Below are positions 25,295 to 37,801 of a DNA stretch of 64,000 bases, piece by piece; position 1 is the first letter of the stretch, and each line of letters begins with the position of its first letter. The translations under genes and the position numbers were made by a program. The stretch is taken from assembly GCA_000320545.1 (NCBI GenBank), contig ADNK01001088.1:132070-196069 (forward strand), given 5' to 3'. The stretch comes from Bigelowiella natans CCMP2755. Its lineage: Eukaryota > Protista > Cercozoa. The notes under the pieces were generated by a model. That model saw only the letters and a program-made list of their open reading frames with translations, ran no database searches and was not told the DNA's origin.

Positions 25295-26030
25295 CAAATG
25301 TATATTTTCTGAATCACTATGCGTGTTTTGTGGCGGTGGAACTCCTGGGGATGCATATATGCTGATTCTATCTACACGACTGAACAAACTATGTGCCTCA
25401 CTTTTGGAATATCGGGGCCCGGGACTGTCCCAACCCACTTAACGATAAGCTTTTCACTGGGATACGACCAAAAAAGCATAAATCAAAGATAAGTTTGGGA
25501 ATGAATGATAAGCTGTATACACTTTGATACCTGTGAAGAACACGCAAGTCTGCAAATACATTGCGAGCGAAAGGATCGTCCCATGTTGCGACCCAGCGGC
25601 CATTCTTCTTCTCCACCTTGACAGGAAGGCGGAATGCTACGATAACAAGCTCCTCTGGCTCTGAGCTCTCCTTGTTTTCAAGGTCCTTCTCCTCATCTTC
25701 CTCATCTTCATTGTGCTCAAAAAATGTCAAACTTTTCTCTTCCCGTTTGTTGTCCTCCAGAAGGCTTTCGTTTGTGTATATCGAGACAGTCGGCGGTGCA
25801 GATTTCCCCCCTGAAAACACGAAATGTATTCTCTGTGGCTGCTGATATATCAAATAACTAAACATAATCGAAACCTTTAAAGCTAACATAAACACGATGA
25901 AAACGAGAACAATAGATCTTATGTCAAAAACAGAAAGATTAAGAAGACAATGTATCTAACCAATCTCATTGAGAAAATAGCCTCCGATGACTGCGATGAT
26001 TATACTCAAAGCCCAAATCACCCACTCCAT
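19181..26030 (-). CDS. Trehalose-6-phosphate synthase/phosphatase (TPS-TPP fusion), class II-like, with N-terminal hydrophobic anchor
   Basis: LVIVAFRLP, FYKGFCK|GTLWPLFHY, WIHGYHLL, HEPWPSSEVFRSLP, ACDLIGFQTYDYVRHFLSC, WDGLNLIPYEY, GALVISEFMGCS, RVNPW. HAD motifs LLDYDGTL, GVNKG, GDDVSDE. First exon MEWVIWALSIIIAVIGGYFLNEI splices in phase 1 to GGKSAPP. Confidence 0.9.
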
Positions 26031-28015
26031 CTTATTGGACAAATTCGCTTACTCCTGTAGATTAATAAATACAGAGAACCCCAAGTATGACGATGAAGTT
26101 ATAAACATAATGTGAACTCAAGTTTAAAACAAATTTGAGACCCAATCGGGACTCCTTGTCAATTTGGAAAGGTTTGAACTTCGTGTTGGTGATAATATCG
26201 TGTCAAGGGAACAAATTCGTTTTTCCAAGTTATTGATCCCGAATAACATCCATCCCACAGTACATGTTGCTTCGAGAGTGTTCGGTGAAATCATTCCTGT
26301 GAGACTCAGCAAAAATTTCGGGATTACCAAAGGAGCCGCCGGGTCTATCCTCTTTTATTTGATCCAGGGGGATCTCTCCTCTCTTTCGCTTGTGTCAAAC
26401 GGAGATCTATTCCTGCCAGAGCCTCGTTATGATGAAGACTTAGGGAGCGAGAAGGGGTAAGGGGGGAAAGGATTTTGCTTTTTTATGAATATGTGCCATT
26501 CTTCTCCTGCGTCATAAATATTTCCATATTTCTCAGGATTCTGCGATGGCATCTCGTTTGCTCGCATCACATTCTTGAAAAGCACACTGTGATAGTTGTA
26601 CCCAGCTTTTATAAGATAGCGACATGCTCTATCAATTGTCGTACTAATTTTCACCTCACTGCTAAAAATGAAAGCATTTTAGATTGTTGTTGTTACAAAT
26701 TTCCATGGATTTTAACTGTGCGTCCCTCCTGGGCTACATGTAGATCTAGATCTAGACCTGTCAAAATTCAGCCTGGTTGCCAAAAAGCGCGACAAATTTT
26801 AAATCATTTGGAGGAATTATTTTTCGGTGTTTTTCTGCAAACTAGATTTCGTGCCTTGCTTTCCACGTGGCATGGGTGGTCTTGCTGTTCAGGGGAGGGG
26901 GGTGAAATGATTCATTCATGCAAACCAAGCTGCGAGTGCCGTCGAAGAATGCAATTAACACATTGCCGATGCACAAACTTGAAAGTTTTTGGTTTCCAAT
27001 TCATTCAAGACGTGGTGCAGAAGTTTCACACGACAGGAAAACTGTGAACGAAGAAACGAAAGAAGTCTTTCCAACGGTGCTGTCAAAAGGATCAAAAGAA
27101 TTCATGTCGAGTGTCGTTGAAGCGCAGCAACTAGCAACCTTGATGATGCGGATCTTCATTTCTCGGTGTTGCACGTTGCACCTCAAGTTGCTAGCTTGTC
27201 GTGAGTGTGCATGGCATGTGCGACGACGGGAGCCACGTCGCTCGAACGAGTGGCAACAGCTCCACTTTCTTCTCCTTCTTTTTTCACGTTCACGTCATCA
27301 TCATTGGCTTCATTCTGTGCATCACAAAACTGATTGCCGCGTACAAGATCACTTGTGGTGACGATGTGAAAAGTGACACAGTCAAACGCGACAAAACAAG
27401 CACGCCACGGTGCGGTGGCGGTGGCGGCTATGGACGCGAGGGCGCATCGTGTTGACAGCTGGGACAACGGACACAGGCGTGCGCACGTGCATGCATGATG
27501 TGCACTTTGTCCGCGGTTCACAGTTCCAGAGTGATGGAGTTGCGCTGCGCGTGCATCACCAAATCGCAGATCGCGTGGCGTGCTCACGCCACCCGCGAGG
27601 CACCTGCTAGCGTGCCAGAGCGGATCATGCGCGTGTGTCACAATGCGCAAGCTTGACCAATTGTCCCATGGAGACACAGTGTGCACACATGTGAAATGGT
27701 TGTCTGCACCCACTTTGTCTCTTCACATCTTTGGACCCAGTTGCTCGTGGATTGTGGGATCGACTGCTTGCTCCACAGCGCGTTGCGTTCGTGTAGTCGC
27801 CACACCGTACTCAATTCTGAATCGATGATGCAATCTAGGAATTCCAATGACACGACAACATTGCATTGATGGCGCATCCTGCGAGTCATGCGCGCTAGCG
27901 CGGGCTGTGATGTGTCTGTCAAACGCAAACAAATTGTGTCGTGTCTATGTGTCCATCAATGAGCTGTCCACAAGATCCAATGAGTAGCATTCACTTGTTC
28001 TTAGTAGTCTTTTTG

Positions 28016-29596
28016 TCAATCAGTCGCGCTGCTCTTCGTCGCTGAAAGAGTGGCTGTTTGTGCATCTTTGACAGATTCTACCATGAGATCATGTTCTTTC
28101 CTTTCAGAATTTCGAATTTTGGCGGTGTACTTGGTCAGATCTTTCGTCATCGATTGCCGCTGTGTAAAATATATTTTTATCATTTTTCGACTAAAATCAG
28201 AGATGGGAACTTCATATACCTGTAGTGGCATGCTTGGCAATCTGGTTTCATATTTCCTTTGCCTATGGATAGCCTCTTCTCGTAACATATATATAATTTC
28301 CAATCTTTCACCTGGGACTTTAATACCAGCATCCTTAAGCAACTCATTTAGAAACACGGGCTCGAAGGCAAATTCTATCAGCCTTTCTTTGTGAAGTTTT
28401 GCATATGTAAGTTGTGTTTCATGGAGTTCAATAGCGTCGGCATCGTCCCCGAGTTCACGCTCTTTATGGCAGAAATAAAGAACAACTGCTGATGCAATAA
28501 TATATCCTGCGGCTGGAAAAACAAAGCATATTATTATGTATCCGTAATAATTGTAGAACACATCCCCTGCATTCAGTCTCGGAAAAGATACTGTTGTGCC
28601 ATACTCGAGTGAGAAGAAAAAAAAGAAGATCCCCGCCAATCCGAGGATGATCATATAAATGAGTACGGGAAATGTCAAAGCAATGAAGTCCTGGTATGTA
28701 TCAGGATCCTCAAGTGGCTTGCACATGATAAGGACTAGATACATTGTAATCCCTAAAAAGAGGACTGTGCCGACTAGTGCTATCGATATACTGGACGATT
28801 CAAAAACTTGGTATGAAGGGAGCTTTTTGTCGAGTCCATCGCACATATTTTGGTTCCAATCGCCGAACGGAGGGTCACTTCCACCTAAAAGTTCAGCTCG
28901 ATTTGCTGAATACCAATTACACTGTCCGTGCATTGTATCGCCTCCCTTGCTATATATGTGATCTAATCTTGCCGCTGCCTCAGTTGCATTCAAACCGAGT
29001 ACATGCTCTAAGTGTCTTTGGTCAGCCTCACGAAGGTGTTCGGGCTCGAAAACAAACATATGCGCGACAGAAAATGATAGCACCAGCGTGAAGACGATTA
29101 ACAGCATGTCGAGCATAGCCTAAAATCACAAGTGATTCAGTTATGTTAACCTTGCAATGTCGTTCCTCTCCGTCCAAAATTAGTCATTATCACCTTAACA
29201 TCCTCTCTGTCCAAAGCACTTGTTGTATACTTATAGTTAATCCAGAAAATATAACACTTGCCGCAACCATGACACATTTTATCCGGGTCCTGCGTGAAAC
29301 TGTACCGAAAAAGTAGAAGTAAAGAAGGAACATGCAGACGATATCGACTGATTTGTTTGTACATACCTTCGAAGAATATCAGGATCCACGTGCCCTACCC
29401 TACATATAACATCCAGATTAGGATCTAATATGCTTTCAAAAAGGTTAGTACTAACACATGCGAGGATACACGATAAATCTGAGCAAGACCTGCCAGTAGA
29501 TGCTGCAAATTTGTTGTCATCGTCTTTTGTCGATGCCATCTCAACGTCCTTGGTGTTCTTACGCTCATTAGATTTCTGAGGCGCCTTGGAATCCAT
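28016..29596 (-). CDS. Hypothetical multi-pass membrane protein (about 4 TM) with C-terminal SAM-like segment
   Basis: Exons ~29596-29367, ~29300-29195 and a 1.1-kb terminal exon to 28016. Four long hydrophobic stretches. LLKDAGIKVPGERLEII resembles the SAM 'L..lGI..lG.R.kI' motif. Confidence 0.7.
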
Positions 29597-29692
29597 AGTA
29601 TTTGCTGGGCATGAAGTAGGTCTAATTGGGGCAAGCTGGAGGACAGAAGGAGACAACGTATGCGAATTAGGTGTATAAGGAGGAGGAGGATG

Positions 29693-29771
29693 AGAAGAAG
29701 AAGAAGAAGAAGAAGAAGAAGAAGAAGGAGAAGAAGAAGAAGAAGAAGAAGAAGAAGAAAAAGAAGAAGAA
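29693..29771. repeat. (GAA)n purine tract upstream of the TM-SAM gene
   Basis: Long imperfect GAA repeat visible in the sequence. Confidence 0.9.
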
Positions 29772-31132
29772 CGTAAGGAGAAGAAGTTGTCAATTATTTT
29801 CGGTTCATAGGCATTCTTAGGTTTCACACCTGCTTGGAAAGCCCAGCTAGAAACCTCTTCGGCTTTTTGCCACTTCCACCAGGTGCTACCTTGCTCATCA
29901 AGATACCCTATGGTGATTTCATTCGCTACCAGCCTAGTGTTGCGCAACTTTAGAGGAGTTCAAGGTCCACTCGATTTAGAGCCGTCGTCGATCGAACAGC
30001 CTGTGGCGAAAAATGTGCCATTGCCTTTCCGTGTTTCCGGATGACTCGATTATTCCGTTACTCGGGGTTACTACTGCACTCACCGTTGTCGTCAAACGTG
30101 CGACACCGCTTCCTCTCTTCAGCATTTCGCTCGTCCATCAAAAGGTGTCACAATTAAAAGAAGGGTACTAATGCAGGAACTATCTGAAAAATTCTTTCAC
30201 GATTCTGCCTAATTACAATCGGACGAACCAAGTGTCGCTTCTGTCTTCGTCAAGGTAGTACAAACGGGAAATATCCAAGAATTTTTATCTAAAAGATGAA
30301 GCCATGACCCGGTACCTAACTAAGACTTATACCTACGAATCCGACCGCGATTCCTACTGAATCCCGGTAGGAAATAGGCGTAGTCTTATGATTAATCTCA
30401 GCGACATGTTCGCTTCCTTGTCGCAATCAAAATTGTAATGAACCGCGAAACAGTGTATACAGTTACACGAAGTAAAAAGGGAAATAATAAAGGAAATAAA
30501 ACTTGGAATAAATGTTGATATATCAGGTCAAATCCTGGTGTATTTGTTACGGCATCTTCACACTGCCGTCGATCCTGTGAGTGGGTCTAGTTCTTGTTCC
30601 CCGTCAAATTCTGTGGTCAAATTGGCATTGAATCTTTCTTTCGCACTTGGGTAAAAAATATCACATAAGTAGGAGCAAGGAGGAAGAGGCTCATAATGTG
30701 GTAATTCGTCCGATAAAATAATTTCAGACGAACGAAACAGCATTGCGATCAGGAATGGTCCAATCATTGCATCGGCCCTCCTTCTAGCATCTAGGATGCA
30801 ACTTAGGTTGGCGAGTTGCGGGTTCGGCACACAGTTGGGAATGCTCTGAGTATGAGAGGAGTTATGAAGTTGTGGAGAATACAGCTTTGATTTTGTGTCA
30901 ATCCTGCGAGCTCATCGCTTTTGGAACTTGATTCACACCGAATTCAACTAACGAATAACATTTTTCAAAAGAACCATAAATTTGAGTCACTGTTCTGCAT
31001 CCTGAATGGTTTAGATTCATTCGTACAGCAATGCTCAACATTACTATCGTAACTAACTCTAATATTGCATTCTCGTTTCCTTTCAGACAACAGGACATGG
31101 GTTTTCCCCAGGATTACACCTGCAGATACTAA

Positions 31133-31488
31133 ATGATTCAGAGTAGGGAAGAAAAAGAGAAGGATGGTAGTGCCAACCGCAAGACCAACTGCACTCAGGG
31201 AGGGGATACTCAACCAGAGATTGACACGCTCAAAAGGCAACCTGAAAATGGAAGTCAGGCTGATTCGTCCGCAGATGAGTCGCCGAATGGGCAAAATGCA
31301 TACCTCGAGAGGGCGATGAGAGCAGAGGCAAGGGCTTTGCGTGCTGAAGAAATTGCGAGGGAACTGGCAGTAAGACTTAAGCAGCAGAGAGGTGTCCTCC
31401 GCGCGGATTCCGATAAACAAGGGCATTCATCTTCATTAGGATTGCGAAGCTCCTTGGTAAACCAACGCGGCAATTCCTCCAACAACCC

Positions 31489-31527
<39 letters not shown>

Positions 31528-34500
31528 TAGCAAGGGAGAGGGGAAGGAGAAGTTCGGTCTCGCTGATACAATTCAAAGACTTTCCAAGGTAAGCGTGGAA
31601 GGGAGAGGCGGAGGCGAGGAAATGAAAATGCAAACGTCTTTGCAGAAGTTGGCAGATATTCATTTCGACACGGATGCAACTGTCCAGACTAGTAACTATA
31701 TTAGCGCTGCTGCCGTTGCCCGCATGGCTAATAGGAGGAGTGTTGATACTATATTGAACGACCTTGCTTTCGTCGAAGAAGGTTCAGATTCTTCGTCGGT
31801 GGGAAGGGCTGTCAGTTTCTCATCAGTTGTCACACCCAAGACAGTAACAAGTATGCCTCTGAGCCCATTGTCATTGGGCAGTAAGATAGACACCACTTGG
31901 CAAAAAAAACCGCCAACTAGGAATCCCCTTCTTGAAACGGTGAAAGAGGGTGGATCCAACCATTCTCGCTCGACACTGAAGACCAAAACTAAAGATCCAA
32001 ATGAGAATACAGCTGACGGTGACACTGACGTTGCCTCCAACAACGCTATTGCTAATTTATACATAAATCAAGACAACCTTGACATGGAAGACGATGTGGA
32101 AATAGTAGAAATAGATATTAAAGATGATAATGGTTATGATGATTCCAACGACAACGATAGCAACAAAAACAAAGAAGTTCGCAAGAAGCAGCTTACAATC
32201 GAAGTGCCTTCAAATTATACAAGCGAGGGAGGAAGCAGCCCCCCCATCCTAAACGACTTTAGATCACCACAAAGCCAATCCTCAAGCTATGTTAGTGTCG
32301 GAAATCTATACTCATCAACGGCAGTTGAGATAAAGGAACCGCAGCCCTGGGACCAAGAATCGCCAAGAGGGCGAGCCATCGTTAAAGCATTCAATAGGTG
32401 GATTGTCAGGAAGAAGGACAAGCTCACTATGGACTCGGCCTCATGCTCATGGAACGACCAGTTTCAAGCTGCGCTAGAGGCAAGAGACTACCATAAATTG
32501 GACCAAGTAGGAGAGGACTTCATTGCTCAAGTCAAAATGTCAGTAACCTAATGCACTCGACAATGACTTGTGCCTCCCAGTACATGCAAATAGACATATA
32601 CTTTATTGTTCCTAAATTATCACCGGAAGATCGCTTTTTGCGGGAACCTGTCATTTTCCGATGTAGGTTGACTCTCGTCATCTTGGTAGTAGTTTACATG
32701 TCACAAATATCTGAAGGAAGTACAAGTATTGGCGATAGGGCTCGTCACTGATTCTCTTACCCCTCCTCCCCTACCTTCCTTTCTCTGTTCATTAATCTAT
32801 GCGTAGGTACGGTAGGTTGATCATCTCTGAGCATCAAATGAAGGACGCAAAGAAGCGTACAGTCCCCGTAGCAACACGGTTTGGTGGAACAGCGGGGGGC
32901 GACAAGTATTTTATCAAAGGCATACTGTTCAAGCTGGTAAAAGACCCTGAAATCTCGATAAAAGGTAAGAAGGCGTGGGTATACGGAGGGAAATACCCTC
33001 AGTACACATTCGCCATGAAGAACGCATCACACGACCTGATGGGGGCTGAGTGCTATCTAAACTCGTCGGAGAAGAGAAGGGACGAGGGCGAGACGCTTCG
33101 GGTTCCCATGCAAGTAGTAATAGACTATTGGGGCTTCCGAGTCATCGCAATGCCGTATCTCGATCTCAAGGAGCAAGTGTATGGAGGCGGGGGGCAAATC
33201 CTGTACGACGGAACAGGTCACCCTGACGTGCAAAAGGTCATGATGAAGACGGCAAAGGATCTGCATCTCGCGCCTCATTCCGTGCTAGGCAAGCGACTCT
33301 ACTGCGCAGGAGACGTCGAAGTACATCGCGGTCAAGACGGGAAGCTGTACACTCTCGACCTTGCACGGACTGTTCCCTGCGAGAGCCAGCGCGTCGTCCA
33401 TCAGATAAAAGGCCATGTAAAACCAGATGGACAAGCTGAATTCTACTGCCTTCTCCGAGCGGAGCTGATCGAGCGATGGAAGAACAACGGCGGCCCGCCT
33501 TTAAGTCCAGATGCGTTCACTGGGTTCAGCTCCAAGGACCCGAGGTCTGAAGAGCACAACCTCAACATCGACAGAGTCACTGACTTTCTGCTCAAAGACT
33601 GTATTCCCAAACTGGCCAGGGAACTCGACAGCCTTTCTGAGGAGGAAGTTGAGAGATTTCGCGACAGCGTCTCCATGCACTTGCACCGTCATGGCGTAAA
33701 CTTGAGGCACACGGGTTACCTGTTGTCCCTGTGCCACTCGTACAGCATCCGTCGCATCCTATTCATGCAGATTGTGTGCCGCTCCTTGAAGTCATTGCTG
33801 AGGACCTGTCTGAGGCAGGCGTTGAAGGAATCTGCCGAGTTTCCGAGCGAGCACTTGATGAAGTGTACCGTCGTAAAACTGCTAAATAGCACGATTCACA
33901 ACACGGGCTACTTTTGGGATATAATCGTAAACTCGCAGATGATAAAGTCGTTTGGAAAGCTCGGACTCAGATTTCTACCGTTGGAATACAGGGCACCGGA
34001 CAAGATCTACAAATACCTTGCAAGCTACGAAAATGGTAGCTTCATGATACAGTTGGTGCCCATGCTGCTCGAGATGACTGGCTTCGGTCTTAGACCTGAT
34101 ACTCTAGCCGACTTCAGATCGAACCAATTGGATCTGTCCGTGTTCCAGTTTCACACACTCGATTTGGACGTGAGCCGTGTCACTATAAAGACGCTTAGCA
34201 TCCTGCAATTCTCGGGGGCCAAAGTTCTGAAGGACAACTGCTCGCAGGTCATTCAGGACATGGCCCAGATGAAGCAGCGACGGAAGAGAACAGCCGCCAT
34301 TGACACCACCCCCACAGCACCCACTAAGCTGCCAAGGAAGCGACAGCATCTGCCTCGAGCACCGTCATCATCCACCCCTTCTTCTTCTTCGTCATCATCA
34401 TCATCTACATGTGGGCAATTGCGACAAGCCATGCGCCTCTTGTCTCAGTCAGTGTCGAAGTGTACCGAATTGCTGCGAAGAAAACCTCGGCACTTAGCAG

Positions 34501-35407
34501 CGAATTACGAGAGGTTTCTAGCCAGCGTCAGGCTCGCAGAGCTTGAGCATAGGCACCACACGGCTATCAACATCCTTGAAGAGGCAACATCGTACTTCCG
34601 CTATCAAAGCACGCTGCAGGTGCCGATACGGCGACAGGTGAATCTTAAGTATGCGGTGTATGGACCTCACAGCTTGAAGGCATTAAATCGTATAAAGAAC
34701 AACCAAAGCGGCTACACCACACACACGCGCACATGCTTGCGCTCTGTGGACAACGCGTTGCTTCGTTACCATCGGCTGTGTCATAATAAGATTGACGACG
34801 ACGACGATGATGACGATGATGACGACGACGACGACAGTGTAGAAGAAAGAGAACGATCTATCGACGCCGATGCTAAATTCGAAAGTAAGCTAGAAAATAG
34901 TGGCAGCAAGCTCAGAGTTGACTCGAAGCTCGAAGGGAAAAGACAGCAGCAGCAGCAGCAGCAACATCAACAGAAATGGACCAGGGAGAGAGTAGGGTGG
35001 AAGAAGAAGAAGAGAATGAGTATAAGGCGGATGTACAAGATGTTAAACGAAGACAGCATGGCCAGCCTAGGCCTGCTCTCCACCACATCGACGAGAAACT
35101 TGAAAACCGTTGGGGGGGAGCCTGACACTCCTGACGAAGTCATCTCTCGGGCGGTTGCGAGACGCCATCCCGCGGCATACGCCCTCATCGCGGCGAAAAA
35201 TCGATACCGACTGCACTATGCTGCCCAGAGGGGGGGGCTGGATGTCGTGAGGTACCTCCTAGACACAGGAGTCTCTCCAAATTTACGCGATGACAAGGGT
35301 AGGACGCCTCTCCACCTCGCAAGCACGGTAGTTTGTCAGTTAGATCTCTCAGCATTGAATGATAATACCAGTAGCAGCAGCAGTAGCAAAAGTAGTATAG
35401 TAGGAGC

Positions 35408-35444
<37 letters not shown>

Positions 35445-36843
35445 ATAAGTGGTAGTTCAGGCGGTGGTAATATAATATCCATCATTTAAATCTAATTAAA
35501 AAAAATGCTACATGATTTAGGGTGATGTCGCGCGCACGCTGCTGGACGCCAAGGCAGACCCAGATATAGGTCGAGTGCAGCAGTAGCAGCAGTAGGAAGG
35601 AGTAGTATAGTAAGTATTCCTAGTGGTAAGAAGAAATGAAGGGCATCGATAATGATGATGATGATGATAATGACGTGTTGTTGTTGTTGTTGTTGTTGTT
35701 GTTGTATTACTACAGTATCATAAATGCACTTACCTCAACCACTACCACCACGATCAATTTGCTACTATAGTAGATTCCAAATATGTTGAACATGTTCTCT
35801 CTCTCTTTCTCTGATGATAACTTACTTCTAGGGGACAACCTCGGTCTCACGCCATTAGAAACCACACAAGATCGAGAAGTGGCAAGGTCGTCTCCAACCT
35901 GCTGCACAACACGAAGCAGAAGATGAAGGAAAAGAAGAAGATGATGATAATGGGAAGAGGAGGGAAAAGGGGGAGTGGAAAAGTAGGATTGTGGGTAATA
36001 GTGGTGACGGCTTTACTTCTTCATCATCGTCCTCTTTTGGTCTTTGATTCATTCATCATCATCATGATAATGATCGCCATCACTACTGTCAAAATAGGAA
36101 TCTTGTGAATGCGAATGGGAAGATAGACCAGAAGTGGACCATATGTGAGGCAACACGGCAAGGTAAGTTGGGCGTTGTCCTCGCACTCATGACGGAAGCC
36201 AAGGCTGCTTTCCAGGACAAGACGTGGAATCGGACGTAATAATGCCAGCATCCATCCATCCATCAATCAGTCAATCTATCTATCACCACCGCTAATTTTT
36301 ATCTTCACCATCTAAATCCCCCCCCCCCCCCCCCCGGTGTTTCTCTTTTATTCTCTATGTATCTATCTATCTATCTATCTATCTCGCCTGCTACTGGTGT
36401 CAGCTACGGGTTCAACGAGCAGGATAACACGGAAATGACACCACTTGGTAATAATAGCTACGTGTGTACGTAGTAATAGTAGTTGTGGCAGCAGCAGCAG
36501 CAGCAGCAGCAGCATTATCATGAGCATTGCCTCTCTTTTCTCTGACGCTATGAGCCAACATCCACGATGGCGGCACGCCCTAGGAGTTGTACAAACATGA
36601 AATCGTTAATTTTCAGGTTGGGCAGCCCAGATGGGCCATTTGCATATAGTACAGTTACTCTTGGACTCCAAGGTAGTACGTAAGTAGTAACAAGTAGTCA
36701 GTAAGCGAACGGTGCTGCTTCACGTAGAGATAGATCTGTGTATTAGTATCATTTTTATTTTTAAAATTTGAATAATAGTAGTAGTGGTGATGATAATGTA
36801 GAGTGACTTGAGTTGCTCTATTCGAAATGGGGCTTGCACATGC

Positions 36844-36878
<35 letters not shown>

Positions 36879-37290
36879 GTCAATACCCCTCCATCAAGAT
36901 TAATATTATCATCATCACCAACATCATTGGCAAGCTCCTGCATACTTATTTGATCAGGTGAGTGCCAATCAACGATGCCTGGGACGGAGAGGTTGTCCAA
37001 CACAACAACAACAACAACAACAACGACGACGATAACAATCACACCACGCCCAAAAAATGAAAGAAATGAAAGGCAGTGAATTGTGTTCAGGAATTGAGAG
37101 TAGTATTCCTGACTAACTGAGGAGATATTGCTAATGTGTTGCATATGACGTTGACTTGTACTTGCAGGCATTTTGCACCACGCTTGTCACAAGGAGGGGG
37201 ACGTACGGTAATATCTAAGATTTCTGCTTCTGCTGCTGCTGCTACACAATCAAACTACACCCATAACTACACACCACGAGGGAAATATTG

Positions 37291-37339
<49 letters not shown>

Positions 37340-37538
37340 AATAAGTTCCATGATGCCTAGTAATGCTACATCCCGCTGGCCTTTGACTTTGTTTGATGAT
37401 GACTATCTTCTTCTTCTTCTTCTTCTTCTTCTTCTTCCTGTCTCACTACTGCCTGCTACTGCTACTACCCCTCAGCGTTGTGGAGTTGTTGCTTGACTAT
37501 AAAGCATGCCCTTCCATGAAAACATCGTCGGTAAGGAG

Positions 37539-37597
<59 letters not shown>

Positions 37598-37762
37598 GAG
37601 AAACAACTGCATACAATAATTTCGCAGCTTTGTCTTCATAGATAGTATGATGATGATGATGTTGCTGCTGTTGTTATTATTGTTGTCATCGATACTGATG
37701 ATGCTGCCTATTGGAAATCATCAGGGATGGACACCGTTTAGGGATGCATCTAACGAGGAGGT

Positions 37763-37801
<39 letters not shown>

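Noticed and set aside
26100-27186. CBM20 or other N-terminal extension of TPS
   Set aside because: No convincing CBM20 motifs, and there is an in-frame stop just upstream of ATG 26030.
27183-27932. Several overlapping Cys/His/Ala-rich ORFs
   Set aside because: Explained by the stop-poor TGCA/CACG-rich 3' flank; no motifs or splice support.
30558-31098. Short minus-strand ORFs between divergent genes
   Set aside because: No recognisable motifs; more likely promoter or spliced 5' UTR of the Clu-ankyrin gene.
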